This document shows positions 10,511 through 21,136 of a stretch of 64,000 bases of DNA, piece after piece. The stretch lies in contig PBIN01000014.1 in assembly GCA_002720855.1 (NCBI GenBank), positions 393,619 to 457,618 of the forward strand. The letters are read 5' to 3'. The first letter of the stretch is position 1. Each line of letters begins with the position of its first letter. The notes under the pieces were generated by a model. That model made no database searches, was not told where the DNA came from, and saw nothing but the letters and a program-made list of their open reading frames with translations. The DNA comes from Rhodospirillaceae bacterium (GTDB lineage: Bacteria; Pseudomonadota; Alphaproteobacteria; MPNO01; UBA2964). Made by a program: the position numbers and the translations under genes.

Positions 10511-11571
10511 TCCCAAATAATTCTGGGCAACTTGATCAGTTTTACGGGTCCGACGTGCAGGTAGCCATCCTGGATTGTAAAAGACACCCCGATATACTCG
10601 CTCTTCCGATCTCCAGTGCTGTTTGCCAATGCTCGCAAAGCGAAGCGGGTGACCATTGCGGTACCCGGTTTGATAATTCCGGAATCAGCCAGTTGATCCA
10701 GCGTTTCACCGTACCCTGAAACTTTACCGCTCATGGCGACAATGGGCTGCAGATCGGAGTCCAAAGCCAGTGTTCCAGTTGCTGAAACATCCAGTTTGGA
10801 CCATCCAAGCTCAATCTTTGTCAGATCCAAGGAGCCACCACTATACGCCCAGTTGGAAAGGGCTTGTTTGAGCGTGTCGCCCTGTGCCGTGCCCAGAAAA
10901 TCAGCTGTAAGAGTTATCCGGCTAATCGTCTGACCTAAAGCGGGTTTAAGGTCTTTCGGCAGGGTTAAACCAAACAGTTCGGCATTTAGACTGAAGATGG
11001 GGGTTTGATGCGGCTTCGTATTTGACTGCCCTTGCTGGTCGAGATCCATCTGGGCATTGAGTTGTGTAAAACGATAAGTTTGAGCCAGTTTGGTTTCGAA
11101 ATTTGCCCCTTCGACGACGATACCAATGTTTTTGAGGTTGCCTTTATGAGCAAACAGCAAATCGCCATGACCAGCGCCAATGTCAATCCTATTGGCATCA
11201 ACCTCCCGTGCCGTACCATATCCGAGCCGGTGTTCACCTGAGGTATGAAATCCGATACGTCTAATGCTCCAGGGCCGCAAGTTAAGATCAATAAAAGGGC
11301 CCGACCAATGAAATGGCGCACCGCTTTTTTTGCTGCTGAGCATCGGTTCCTCGATGGTCATTTGCCACCGCCACGGAAAGCCGCTCCACGCCACCGATTT
11401 ATACTCGACGGTCCAGCCTTGTGCGCGTTGCGCCGCCGCCCAGTTCTCGATGCCGCGCTCAAACAGATGTGCTGCTGCGAACCATATGCCGGTATTGAGA
11501 GCGCCTAACCCTGCGAGGATCAATGCCGTCGCGATATATGTTTTGCGCCATCTGCTCAGTTCGAAAGCCAT
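10507..11571 (-). CDS. DUF2125-domain membrane-anchored protein
   Basis: N-terminal TM, W..AA..W..AQRAQG, SGFP, C-terminal GPV; conserved next to tyrC. Confidence 0.75.
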   Translation of the reverse strand: MAFELSRWRKTYIATALILAGLGALNTGIWFAAAHLFERGIENWAAAQRAQGWTVEYKSVAWSGFPWRWQMTIEEPMLSSKKSGAPFHWSGPFIDLNLRPWSIRRIGFHTSGEHRLGYGTAREVDANRIDIGAGHGDLLFAHKGNLKNIGIVVEGANFETKLAQTYRFTQLNAQMDLDQQGQSNTKPHQTPIFSLNAELFGLTLPKDLKPALGQTISRITLTADFLGTAQGDTLKQALSNWAYSGGSLDLTKIELGWSKLDVSATGTLALDSDLQPIVAMSGKVSGYGETLDQLADSGIIKPGTAMVTRFALRALANSTGDRKSEYIGVSFTIQDGYLHVGPVKLIKLPRIIWD

Positions 11572-11667
11572 GCCTGTTTATAGGCATCCTGGGGAAGCCG
11601 GTCGAGGTTTGGATTGCTGGTCGCGAAGCAGTGGAAAGGTTACACTTGTTGGCCATTGAGTATCCTT

Positions 11668-12552
11668 ATGACACAAGAAAAACCTAAAGCACTTTCACCC
11701 GGCTGGATGGTAGCTGCATCCGGCTTGTTCATTTTCTTTTGGGCAAGCGGATTCGTCTCAGCCAAATTTGGTCTGCCATATGCAGAACCCTTCACCTTTT
11801 TGGCCCTTAGGTTTCTTGTGGCTCTGGTTGTGTTGGTTCCGCTAACGGTTTTCTGGCGGGTTCGTTGGCCAAAGACTCCCACCGCATTTATTCATGTGAT
11901 CGTGGCGGGCCTGCTCGTGCAAACGACTTATCTTACGGGGGTCTTTTACGGGATCTATTTTGGTTTATCGACCGGCGTGATGGCCCTCATCGTCGGACTT
12001 CAGCCGTTGATCACCGGATCGCTTGCCGCACCGTTGCTGGGAGAAAAAGTTACGTCAAAACAATGGCTTGGACTGGGAATGGGATTTGTCGGTCTTGGCC
12101 TCGTCGTTGCTGAGAAAGTGGAATTGGTTGGGCAGGGTGCATGGGCGGTTGCGTTCGCGGGTCTTGCGCTCATTGGAATTACAATCGGCACCATCTATCA
12201 AAAACGGTTCTGCGCGGAGGTCGATGCGCGCGCCGCTGTGACCGTCCAAAATGCGGCTTCCTTTGTTATTATTGGGTTTTTGGCTACTCAGATCGAGACC
12301 ATGGCCGTCGATTGGACAGGTGAGTTTATTTTCGCGCTGATCTGGTCAGGGGTCGGCCTTTCGGTGATTGCCATCGCTCTTTACTTTATACTCGTTCAGC
12401 GCGGTGCGGCGGCGCAGGTCACAAGTTTGATTTATTTAAGCCCGCCGACGACAGCCATAATGGGGTGGCTAATGTTCGGTGAAACATTTGCACTGATGGC
12501 ACTGATAGGCATGGCAATCGCCGTTGCCGGCGTCGCGATTGTAAACAGATGA
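11668..12552 (+). CDS. DMT/EamA family transporter
   Basis: About 10 TM segments; WASGF..AK, EPFTFL..RF, GTIYQK. Confidence 0.88.
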   Translation: MTQEKPKALSPGWMVAASGLFIFFWASGFVSAKFGLPYAEPFTFLALRFLVALVVLVPLTVFWRVRWPKTPTAFIHVIVAGLLVQTTYLTGVFYGIYFGLSTGVMALIVGLQPLITGSLAAPLLGEKVTSKQWLGLGMGFVGLGLVVAEKVELVGQGAWAVAFAGLALIGITIGTIYQKRFCAEVDARAAVTVQNAASFVIIGFLATQIETMAVDWTGEFIFALIWSGVGLSVIAIALYFILVQRGAAAQVTSLIYLSPPTTAIMGWLMFGETFALMALIGMAIAVAGVAIVNR

Positions 12553-12559
12553 AAATTGT

Positions 12560-13129
12560 ATGAAATCGCCCGACAAGGAAAACCGCCGGCGCATTATCGT
12601 CAACGAACTCGGTGATGTTTGGTTCTTCGCCTATGGCTCTTTGATGTGGAACACAGGTTTCACGCCAGCGGAAATACGAGAGGCCACGTTGAAAGGGTGG
12701 CATCGCCGTTTTTGTGTCTCCTCTATCATCTATCGCGGAACACCCGAACAGCCCGGCCTGTCACTCGGGTTGGATCGCGGAAGCGAGTGTCGTGGCCTGG
12801 CACTTCGTATTGCAGAGCGAGACCGCGACGAGGTGTTTGCCTATCTGGCTGACCGCGAAATGCCGGAGGAAATCTATAGTTGTCAAAGAGTTATGATTAC
12901 AATTGGCGACGAATCCGTGGTTGCCTACACATTCGTAGTTAATCGCGATCATGCACTATATGTCGCCGAGATGTCTCTTGAGGATATGGCGCGCCGGATC
13001 TCCCGCGGCCGCGGGAAGAACGGGCTGAATCGAGACTACTTGGCGTCGACGGTTGAGCATTTGGAACAGTTAGGCATGCCCGACGCAAATTTAGCCGAAA
13101 TTTTGACCCATGTTGAAAGGCTTGGTTAG
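12560..13129 (+). CDS. chaC: Glutathione-specific gamma-glutamylcyclotransferase (ChaC)
   Basis: WFFAYGSLMW, RGTPEQPG, REM, G.N.DYL. Confidence 0.88.
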   Translation: MKSPDKENRRRIIVNELGDVWFFAYGSLMWNTGFTPAEIREATLKGWHRRFCVSSIIYRGTPEQPGLSLGLDRGSECRGLALRIAERDRDEVFAYLADREMPEEIYSCQRVMITIGDESVVAYTFVVNRDHALYVAEMSLEDMARRISRGRGKNGLNRDYLASTVEHLEQLGMPDANLAEILTHVERLG

Positions 13130-13192
13130 CACCTGCTACCCCCGAGGTCAGAATTGCGGTAAAAATAGCTATCGAATTTGAGGGAGGAAAAT

Positions 13193-14056
13193 ATGAAGCT
13201 CGTGAGCTTTTACCATGATGGGCGGGAAGGTTATGGCGCTATTAAAGATGATGGCATCGTAGATCTGTCCGGCGTTATGTATCAGGAAACGCACTTTGCA
13301 AATCTCAAATGTGTATTGATGGCGGGTGCGGGTGCCCTGACATCGCTGAAAGCAAGTGTCGATGCCAGCGCAGCGACCTTTGGTCTGAGCGATATCACCT
13401 TTCGAATGCCAATTCACAATCCAAGCAAGATTTTTTGCGTAGGTCGAAATTACTACGCCTATCACGAAGTGATGGAAGACGGCCGTCCCGATTGGCCGAG
13501 TATTTTTCCCCGCTTCCGTGATTCTTTTTCCGCTCACGAAGAACCGATAATTCGTGGTTCGGACGATGGTGATCAACTCGATTATGAAGGCGAACTCGTC
13601 GTCGTTATTGGAAAGCAGGGACGTCACATCAACGAAGCAGATGCGATGTCCTATGTCGGCGGGTATACGATTGCCAATGAGGGCAGTGTCCGCAACTGGA
13701 TTGGGCGCGGTACGCAAAACTGCCCCGTTAAAAACCAGTGGCGCTCCGGCTCAATGGGTCCGTGGATTGTTACGGCGGACGAGATCGAAGACCCGATGAA
13801 ATTACAAATCGTGACGCGGGTGAATGGCGAGGAACGTCAGAATGGCGGCACCGACATGATGATCTTCGATATTCCGTTCGTGATTTCCTATATCTCGCGC
13901 TTCACTCAACTGGAGCCGGGTGATCTGATTTGTACCGGCAGTCCCGGCGGATCGGCGATTGAACATGATCCTCCCGGTTATCTTAAGCCAGGTGATCACC
14001 TTGAAGTGCAAATTGATGGGGTAGGGTTGCTGCAGAACCCGGTTGAAGCGGAGTAG
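13193..14056 (+). CDS. Fumarylacetoacetate hydrolase family protein
   Basis: CVGRNY, DYEGEL, GPWIVT, LEPGDLICTGSP; GGAGG SD before ATG 13193. Confidence 0.9.
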   Translation: MKLVSFYHDGREGYGAIKDDGIVDLSGVMYQETHFANLKCVLMAGAGALTSLKASVDASAATFGLSDITFRMPIHNPSKIFCVGRNYYAYHEVMEDGRPDWPSIFPRFRDSFSAHEEPIIRGSDDGDQLDYEGELVVVIGKQGRHINEADAMSYVGGYTIANEGSVRNWIGRGTQNCPVKNQWRSGSMGPWIVTADEIEDPMKLQIVTRVNGEERQNGGTDMMIFDIPFVISYISRFTQLEPGDLICTGSPGGSAIEHDPPGYLKPGDHLEVQIDGVGLLQNPVEAE

Positions 14057-14068
14057 TCGTTTTCTGCG

Positions 14069-16408
14069 TCACCCGCACTTGCTATGGCCGCAGGAGGTGC
14101 AGAGATCGCAGCCTTCCTGACGGATCATTGCGGCTTCGCCGCATTTCGGGCATTGGTGAGGTACGATTCGGCGGGTTTTCGCTTCATTGCTTGCTGAAGC
14201 TCCACCGCCTCCTTCCGCAGCAAGCGCTGCTTGCGCTGTTTCGGCTTCCCCGGGACGCGGTAGAAATCCGATATCGATCATATGACGTTCTATGACACCA
14301 CCGATCGCTGCCAGTAACGAGGGGACATATTTTCCCTCAAACCATTGGCCGCCGCGAGGATCAAACACGGCCTTGAGCTCCTCCACCACAAAAGATACAT
14401 CGCCACCGCGCCGGAAGACAGCACTGATCATGCGCGTCAGTGCGACCGTCCAGGCGTAATGTTCCATGTTTTTTGAATTAATGAAGACCTCAAAAGGCCG
14501 GCGCCTTCCATCCTGAATAATGTCATTGATCGTGATGTAAATGGCGTGTTCGCTTTCCGCCCATTTGATTTTATAGGTTTGACCCGGCAATTCTTCCGGC
14601 CGATTGAGCGGCTGTGTCATGTATACGACACCACCTGAATCGAGATCGTCTTTTGGTTTGGCGGGCGGCGCATCCAACGGAAGTTCGGCCTGCGAGGCAA
14701 CATTTTCCGAACTCTCGGATTTTTCAAGGACCGCCCCGGTAATCTCATTGGGCCGATAGGTCGTGCACCCTTTGCAGCCAAGCGCATAGGCCTCTTGATA
14801 AACTTCTTTGAAAGCGTCGAAATCCAAGGCTTCCGGACAATTGATAGTCTTTGAGATCGAGCTATCGATATGTTCCTGAACAGCCGCCTGCATAACCAGG
14901 TGGTCATGCGGGGAAAGCGCTTCTGCGTCGACGAAATAGTCCGGGAGGGACGTCATTTCACCAAATATTGTGCGATGAAGCCGCCAGGCGTAATCCGATA
15001 CTTCTTCGGCCTCACGCGTACCATCCGGCATCAGCACATTACGGGTATAGCTATAGGCGAAAACCGGCTCGATACCCGACGTAACGTTATCTGCGAAAAT
15101 CGATATCGTGCCCGTTGGGGCGATAGAGGTCAGCAATGCATTTCGAATTCCATGCTCGGCAATGGCTTGTTGGACGTCGCTATCCAGCGTCTTGATGTGG
15201 CGTCCTGCGGCAAATTTCTCAGCGTCAAAGAGCGGGAACGAACCTTTCTCAGCCGCAATTTCTATCGATGCCAGATAGGCGTGGCGCTCTATAGCTGCCG
15301 ACCATTCTTTTGCCAGCGCAACCGCTTCTGCCGAGCCATAACGCGCCCGGCACATGATCAAAGCATCTCCAAGACCCGTGATACCGAGCCCGATCCGGCG
15401 TTTTGCACGCGCTTCCCGGGCTTGCGACTCAAGCGGAAAGTTTGAGACGTCCACGACGTTATCCATCATGCGAACCGCAACCGGCACTAAATTAGCCAGC
15501 TCGTCCAGATCAAGGTGTGCAGCTTCGGAGAAAGGTTCCCTTACGAGCCGTGCTAGATTGATAGAGCCGAGCAAGCAAGCGCCGTAGGGCGGCAAAGGCT
15601 GTTCACCGCATGGATTAGTTGCGCTTATATCTTCGCAATAGGCGAGGTTGTTTTGCTCGTTGATCCGGTCAATGAAAATTACGCCGGGCTCTGCATAGGC
15701 GTAGGTCGCCTGCATAATCTTGTCCCAGAGATCTCGTGCTGGAACAGTTCGGTAGTTTTGACCGTCGAATTTCAAATCCCAGGGGGCGCCCTGTTCCACT
15801 GCTTCCATAAACGGGTCGGTAACCAGAACCGAAAGGTTGAACATCCTTAGGCGGCCTGGTTCCCTCTTGGCTTCGATAAATGCCTCAATGTCTGGATGGT
15901 CGCAGCGCATCGTTGCCATCATTGCACCCCGCCGGGAACCTGCACTCATGATCGTGCGGCACATTGAATCCCAGACATCCATGAATGAAAGCGGGCCCGA
16001 CGCATCGGCGCCTACACCGCGGACAAGCGCTCCTTTGGGGCGCAGGGTGGAGAAGTCATATCCGATACCGCCTCCCTGCTGTAGCGTCAGCGCAGCTTCT
16101 TTCAAATGATCGAAAATGCCTGCCATATCATCGGGAACGGTTCCCATGACAAAGCAGTTGAATAGGGTGACCTGCCGGGCGGTTCCGGCACCGGCAATGA
16201 TCCGTCCGGCAGGCAGAAATTTAAAATCTTCGAGCGCTTTATAGAACCGGTCTTGCCACACATCCGGGTTTTGCTCAGGCGCTGACAAGGCGGCGGCTAT
16301 ACGGCGCCACGTATCTTCTATTGTTTTGTCGTGAACTGTGCCATCCGGTTCCTTGAACCGGTATTTCATGTCCCATATTTGTTGGGAAATTGATGAGATG
16401 GCGGTCAT
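14069..16408 (-). CDS. nrdJ: Adenosylcobalamin-dependent (class II) ribonucleotide reductase
   Basis: LFNCFV, TNPCGEQ, IAPTGTIS, KGCTTYR, C-terminal TSCPD region and CPKC..C..C..C zinc ribbon. Confidence 0.95.
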   Translation of the reverse strand: MTAISSISQQIWDMKYRFKEPDGTVHDKTIEDTWRRIAAALSAPEQNPDVWQDRFYKALEDFKFLPAGRIIAGAGTARQVTLFNCFVMGTVPDDMAGIFDHLKEAALTLQQGGGIGYDFSTLRPKGALVRGVGADASGPLSFMDVWDSMCRTIMSAGSRRGAMMATMRCDHPDIEAFIEAKREPGRLRMFNLSVLVTDPFMEAVEQGAPWDLKFDGQNYRTVPARDLWDKIMQATYAYAEPGVIFIDRINEQNNLAYCEDISATNPCGEQPLPPYGACLLGSINLARLVREPFSEAAHLDLDELANLVPVAVRMMDNVVDVSNFPLESQAREARAKRRIGLGITGLGDALIMCRARYGSAEAVALAKEWSAAIERHAYLASIEIAAEKGSFPLFDAEKFAAGRHIKTLDSDVQQAIAEHGIRNALLTSIAPTGTISIFADNVTSGIEPVFAYSYTRNVLMPDGTREAEEVSDYAWRLHRTIFGEMTSLPDYFVDAEALSPHDHLVMQAAVQEHIDSSISKTINCPEALDFDAFKEVYQEAYALGCKGCTTYRPNEITGAVLEKSESSENVASQAELPLDAPPAKPKDDLDSGGVVYMTQPLNRPEELPGQTYKIKWAESEHAIYITINDIIQDGRRRPFEVFINSKNMEHYAWTVALTRMISAVFRRGGDVSFVVEELKAVFDPRGGQWFEGKYVPSLLAAIGGVIERHMIDIGFLPRPGEAETAQAALAAEGGGGASASNEAKTRRIVPHQCPKCGEAAMIRQEGCDLCTSCGHSKCG

Positions 16409-16490
16409 GCAGCTGCCCCGTAGAATTCTCTGTCAGTGTTTCACGTAAGTGGGGCCACCTACAATATCAACAACCGAAACCTAACTCAAT

Positions 16491-16505
16491 GTTCTTGTTA
16501 TGTTC
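16491..16505. promoter_or_regulatory. Alphaproteobacterial LexA (SOS) box
   Basis: GTTC-TTGTTAT-GTTC = GTTC-N7-GTTC, about 80 bp upstream of nrdJ. Confidence 0.75.
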
Positions 16506-16558
16506 AATATCTGCGAAGGACGAAAAAGTTGTGCGACGGGCAGGGTTTTGGCATCAAA

Positions 16559-16597
16559 TTATCCACAATAAGACATTTTGAGCGCAACTTATCCCCA
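16559..16597. promoter_or_regulatory. Two DnaA boxes
   Basis: TTATCCACA (16559-16567, perfect) and TTATCCCCA (16589-16597, one mismatch), same orientation, 30 bp apart. Confidence 0.7.
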
Positions 16598-16636
16598 GTT
16601 TTCACGATTCTCACATTCAAATTCCGTCCTTTAGGG

Positions 16637-17356
16637 CTATTCACCGTGTTCGGGGCTGCAAAGGTCCGCTTGCGCCGCTTCTAGGTCCGTTTCAAGACGC
16701 CTCATAAACTCTTTTCTGGGCAGTCCCGGCGGAATTGGAGGCAGGAAACGTAATGTAATCACTCCCTGTCGCCGGATGAGTCGACGCCTTGGCCAAAATA
16801 GACCTGAGTTCAGAGCAACCGGTACGACCGGGACCTTAAGGTCATTATAAAGCGCTGCGACACCACTCTGATAAACGCCTTTTTCTCCGGGCGGCATTCT
16901 TGTGCCTTCTGGAAAAATAACGACAGGACGGCCTTTTTCGATGGCTTTTCTTGCCTCACGAAGCATTTGGCGGATGGCGGCACCACCTGCTCCACGGTCA
17001 ATGCCTATAGAGCCGTATTTTTTTGCATACCAACCAAAAAACGGGAGCCAAAAGAGTTCCCGTTTTAAAACAATCACCGAATCTTCGACTTCATAAGGAA
17101 AAAACAGTGTGTCCCATACGGATTGATGTTTCGAAGCGTAAAGGACAGGACCGTTCGGAATCTGATCGGCCCCTTCAATCCGATAGGTTAAACCGCACGT
17201 AGTCCGGAGTAACCAGTAGACCGATTTCGTCCAGAACTTGGCGATAAATTTACTGGCCCAAAACGGCAGTATCAGTGATGGCAGGAACGCGAAGCACATG
17301 AGAAACGCCCAAATGCCGTACAGACCCTGATAAAGGAGAGACCGCGCCATGGTCAT
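16637..17356 (-). CDS. plsC: 1-acyl-sn-glycerol-3-phosphate acyltransferase
   Basis: HQSVWD (HX4D), FPEGTR. Confidence 0.9.
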   Translation of the reverse strand: MTMARSLLYQGLYGIWAFLMCFAFLPSLILPFWASKFIAKFWTKSVYWLLRTTCGLTYRIEGADQIPNGPVLYASKHQSVWDTLFFPYEVEDSVIVLKRELFWLPFFGWYAKKYGSIGIDRGAGGAAIRQMLREARKAIEKGRPVVIFPEGTRMPPGEKGVYQSGVAALYNDLKVPVVPVALNSGLFWPRRRLIRRQGVITLRFLPPIPPGLPRKEFMRRLETDLEAAQADLCSPEHGE

Positions 17357-17994
17357 GGTTTGAGACCATCCGGAATATAGCCTTGTTCAAGTCCGGTTTT
17401 GGCTATCAAAAATTTGTTGAACTCGCTTGCAAGCAATTGTGCCGTCCCTGGCCAACGCCACCAATTCTCCCGTTTGAACTGGGGTGGAAAAACCGGATGG
17501 GGCAGGATCTTGATGTCCGGCATCGCACGGCGAAATTCGAACAGGCTTCTCGGCATATGATAATTTGCCGTGACAAGCCTCAGAGAACTCAATTTATTTT
17601 TTGTGATCCACTCCGTAGTTTCATGTGCATTTCCCGCGGTATTATCCGCTTGATAGCCGACGGCAATACAACAGGCGAAATCATTCGGTTTACGCCGTAC
17701 AAGACGAAGCAAGGCCTGCACATCGACGCCACGCGCCACACCGGAAACAAAAAGCAACCTGGCGTGCCCTTCGGATAGAAGCTGAAGGCCGGTTTCCAAT
17801 CGGCCAGTGCCTCCCGTAAGCACGATGATTGCATCAGTTTTTGTTTCGTCATTCGTCGGGTTTTTCGGTACTTCGCTTACAAACCAAATCAATCCGAATA
17901 TCCAAATCAGGCAAATGAAAAGAATTCCCGAAACCAGGCGCAATATAATCCGTTTGCCGCGGCCCCTTGAGGATCGCCGGAACCGAGTGCTCAT
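17353..17994 (-). CDS. YdcF/DUF218 family protein
   Basis: DAIIVLTGG, NTAGNA, VTANYHMPRS, SEFNK. Confidence 0.88.
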   Translation of the reverse strand: MSTRFRRSSRGRGKRIILRLVSGILFICLIWIFGLIWFVSEVPKNPTNDETKTDAIIVLTGGTGRLETGLQLLSEGHARLLFVSGVARGVDVQALLRLVRRKPNDFACCIAVGYQADNTAGNAHETTEWITKNKLSSLRLVTANYHMPRSLFEFRRAMPDIKILPHPVFPPQFKRENWWRWPGTAQLLASEFNKFLIAKTGLEQGYIPDGLKP

Positions 17995-18881
17995 GGCATG
18001 CGTCCCAGTGCCCGCAGCACGGTATACCGCGCAGTTATCGTACTAATCGCGGCCGCAACCAACGCAACAGCGATTATGCCGGTCCACTGCAAAAAGTCTA
18101 AAGAGGCTGGTGGTAGAAGAGACGATTCTACGTTCTGCCACAAGGAACCCAATATCCACAAAGTGATCAAAGCCAATGCAACGCCGGCAACACCTCCCTT
18201 GAGCCCAAGGAACATCGCATGCCGATGAAACTGATCCGCAACAAATTCATCTCTGGCGCCCATGACATGCAGCAGCTCAATTACGTCGCGGTGGATGGTT
18301 AGACTCGTACGTGTGGCAAATACGACCGTTGCTATTCCTGCAACACTGATCAGGATCAGTATTGCAAACGCAATTGCTTCAATCGCGCTGGCGAGCGCGA
18401 TCAGCTTATCCAGCCACACGCCATGATCGTCCACCTGCGTTCCGCTGATCTCCTTATTTAAGCGCTCCCACAAAGCTGCGACATCGAAGTCTACGCCCTG
18501 TTTGAGTTTTACATCGATCAATCTCGGTATCGGCAGTCCCAATGTTTCAGTTAACAGGTCCCTGCCGAGCCACGGTGCCAGTAAGTCCGAAATTTGATTT
18601 AAGGGAACGGGTTTCGCGGAGACGATACCCGGTGTTGCGCGTATGATTCTCAACGCACTTTGAACCCGCAATTCGGTCGTAATTTTGTGGTCATCGGGCG
18701 CCGCCGCGATTTGGACTGTAAGGGTGCCTGTAAGAGTATTCCGCCACTGGTCTCCGAATGACGACAACACTAATACGGCAGCAAGGGCCAAAGCAGCTAA
18801 CCACACCATAAATGCAATCAGCCAGGGCAGAAAGCGGCTTGAGGCGTCACGGGCGAGTGGGATTACAGTAGCGTTTGCCAT
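17991..18881 (-). CDS. ftsX: Cell division permease FtsX
   Basis: 4-TM layout, IELLHVMGA; follows ftsE; start placed at ATG 18881. Confidence 0.88.
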   Translation of the reverse strand: MANATVIPLARDASSRFLPWLIAFMVWLAALALAAVLVLSSFGDQWRNTLTGTLTVQIAAAPDDHKITTELRVQSALRIIRATPGIVSAKPVPLNQISDLLAPWLGRDLLTETLGLPIPRLIDVKLKQGVDFDVAALWERLNKEISGTQVDDHGVWLDKLIALASAIEAIAFAILILISVAGIATVVFATRTSLTIHRDVIELLHVMGARDEFVADQFHRHAMFLGLKGGVAGVALALITLWILGSLWQNVESSLLPPASLDFLQWTGIIAVALVAAAISTITARYTVLRALGRMP

Positions 18882-18885
18882 AGTA

Positions 18886-19614
18886 TTATTCGTCCCGCTC
18901 AAGCTCGGAGTCGTCATCGGAAACGACCTCGCCGCTGGAAAAATCATTTAATTCACCATCGGCGAGATGCAGGCGCGGATGAGGAAATTCGTTCACCAAT
19001 GATTCGTTATGGGTGGCAAACACCACGGTTGTTCCAATTTTGTTTAGCTCCTCAAACAGGTGCATCAGCCTCTTTGCAATATGATCGTCAACATTCCCCG
19101 TAGGCTCATCCGCCAAGAGCAGTTTCGGTCGGGCGATTACGGCGCGGGCGATAGCAACCCGCTGTTTCTGGCCGCCTGATAATGTTGGCGGCCGGGCAGC
19201 GATGTGATCTGAAAGACCAACCCAGCTCAAAAGTTCGGGAACGTGTTCTTGAATTTGCTCTTCACTGGCACCGGCGACCCGCAAAGGTAGCGCAACATTC
19301 TCCATCGCTGTGAGATGATCAATCAGCCGGAAATCCTGGAACACGACGCCAACCCGTCTGCGTAATGCCGGGAGTTCACGACGTGGCGTCGATGCGATGT
19401 CATGACCGAACAGTGAAATCAGTCCGCGCGAGGGGGGATTCGCTAGGTACATGAGACGTAGCAGGGATGATTTACCTGCGCCGCTGGCACCCGTTAAATA
19501 GTGAAAGCGCCCTTCCTCCAGACGAAGGGAAACGTCATGGAGAATTTCCGGGCCCACACCATACCGGACGCCAACGTTCTGAAACCGTATTACGTCACCG
19601 CCGCCTTGCACCAT
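18886..19614 (-). CDS. ftsE: Cell division ATP-binding protein FtsE
   Basis: [34 protein letters not shown]. Confidence 0.95.
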   Translation of the reverse strand: MVQGGGDVIRFQNVGVRYGVGPEILHDVSLRLEEGRFHYLTGASGAGKSSLLRLMYLANPPSRGLISLFGHDIASTPRRELPALRRRVGVVFQDFRLIDHLTAMENVALPLRVAGASEEQIQEHVPELLSWVGLSDHIAARPPTLSGGQKQRVAIARAVIARPKLLLADEPTGNVDDHIAKRLMHLFEELNKIGTTVVFATHNESLVNEFPHPRLHLADGELNDFSSGEVVSDDDSELERDE

Positions 19615-19806
19615 TTTTGTCCATTGCGCCCATCATAAACAGAGCATGGCACAGGGGCTGTTAACGCGTCCAGCGCACTCCAAGCCGTGACTCTGGAGCC
19701 CCCACCTTGCTTGCCATTATTATAGCGAAACCGTATACAACGACCTAGTACGGGGAGACGGGTGTAAGCATTCGTCAAAATACCAACAGGCACCAATTCG
19801 GGCGAT

Positions 19807-20466
19807 ATGATAGTTACCTGTCCTGAATGTAAAACGCGCTATGGGGTTGATGCTGCCGCAATCGGCCCGTCTGGCCGTACCGTAAGATGCAGTCGCTGCA
19901 GCTATAGCTGGGTGCAGCGCCAGCCTGATAATTTGCCGCCGCCCGAACCATCAACGATTCCACCGCGGCTGGAAGGCAGCCGTCGAGCCCGCCCGCCCGG
20001 TACAAATTTACCGACACTGTCCCGGAACAAGAAAAGTAAAGCGCCAGCAATTCTATGGACGCTCGTAATTCTTGTGCTCGCCGGCATGGTAACGGGGGCG
20101 ATCCTGAAACGGGAAATGATTATGGAACGGGTGCCGGCGACGATACTTGCTTATGAGACGTTAGGCCTCGTTTTGCCACCGGGTGCTGGATTTTCAATTG
20201 AGAATCAGCGGATCCGGGCGGTACAAAAAAATGGAAAAAGGGCTGTACGTATTGAGGGCGATATCGTCAATAATTCAGGAAAAGCCGCCAAGGTTCCTAA
20301 AATGCTTGGTGTTATTGAGGATAATTCAAAAAGGGTATTGAAACGATGGCGTTTTAATCCGCCACTGCCGAAGCTTCTCAATAAGGAAAGAGCGAAGTTT
20401 GCTACTGAAGTAGTTCCTCCCAAAGGGAGCGTAAATTATACGATTACGTTTGATCAGAGGCGGTAG
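19807..20466 (+). CDS. MJ0042-type zinc-ribbon / DUF3426 membrane protein (ZitP-like)
   Basis: CPEC..RY...VRCSRC..W, Pro-rich linker, TM helix, Ig-like C-terminus; divergent from ftsE. Confidence 0.82.
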   Translation: MIVTCPECKTRYGVDAAAIGPSGRTVRCSRCSYSWVQRQPDNLPPPEPSTIPPRLEGSRRARPPGTNLPTLSRNKKSKAPAILWTLVILVLAGMVTGAILKREMIMERVPATILAYETLGLVLPPGAGFSIENQRIRAVQKNGKRAVRIEGDIVNNSGKAAKVPKMLGVIEDNSKRVLKRWRFNPPLPKLLNKERAKFATEVVPPKGSVNYTITFDQRR

Positions 20467-20474
20467 GCATACGG

Positions 20475-21017
20475 ATGACCAGCACAGGCGCTTCCCCCGA
20501 AATTAAAACTCTATTTTCTGCTGACCAAATAGCGGAACGCGTTGATACGCTCGCAAAAGAGATCGTCGCTGATGAAACCGACGAGTTGTTGGTCGTTATT
20601 ATCCTCAAAGGAAGTTTTGTATTCGCAGCCGATTTAGTAAGGGCGCTGGAGCGCAATGGCGCCTCGGCACAGGTCGATTTTGTTACACTTTCCAGTTATG
20701 GAATGGGAACTGAAAGCTCAGGTTCTGTGAATCTTACACATGATCTATCTGAAGATGTTGCCGGACGTTCGATACTAATTGTTGATGATATCCTGGAATC
20801 CGGCCGAACCATTGCATTTGCCGTTGAGACCTTACAGAAGAGAGGTGCCTCTTCGGTGAAGACCTGTTTACTTCTGGACAAACCCACACAAAGAAAAGTC
20901 AGTATTGAAGCTGATTATGTAGGTTTCACCATCGATCCGGAATTTGTTGTTGGATATGGACTCGATCTGGCCAAGAGATATCGCGGATTGCCCTATATAG
21001 GTGTCGTTCAGGGTTAG
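20475..21017 (+). CDS. hpt: Hypoxanthine phosphoribosyltransferase
   Basis: LKGSFVF, LIVDDILESGRT, FVVGYGLD. Confidence 0.95.
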   Translation: MTSTGASPEIKTLFSADQIAERVDTLAKEIVADETDELLVVIILKGSFVFAADLVRALERNGASAQVDFVTLSSYGMGTESSGSVNLTHDLSEDVAGRSILIVDDILESGRTIAFAVETLQKRGASSVKTCLLLDKPTQRKVSIEADYVGFTIDPEFVVGYGLDLAKRYRGLPYIGVVQG

Positions 21018-21053
21018 TGATTATCTCGAAAATCGGCTTATGACTGCGATTAT

Positions 21054-21080
21054 TTGACCAATCGTAAACGATTTCTAAAC
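21054..21080 (+). promoter_or_regulatory. Possible CtrA-type tandem half-sites
   Basis: TTGAC/TAAAC/TAAAC at 21054, 21065, 21076 (11-bp period) upstream of the CpdR-like gene. Confidence 0.4.
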
Positions 21081-21136
21081 CATCGAACTTTATAAACTCC
21101 CGCAAAGCGTTTTTGTCTGGTTCAGGGAGTTGATCT

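Noticed and set aside
16409..16636. Cobalamin riboswitch or replication origin
   Set aside because: No B12-box is recognisable; only two DnaA boxes, no AT-rich unwinding element and no oriC-type gene context.
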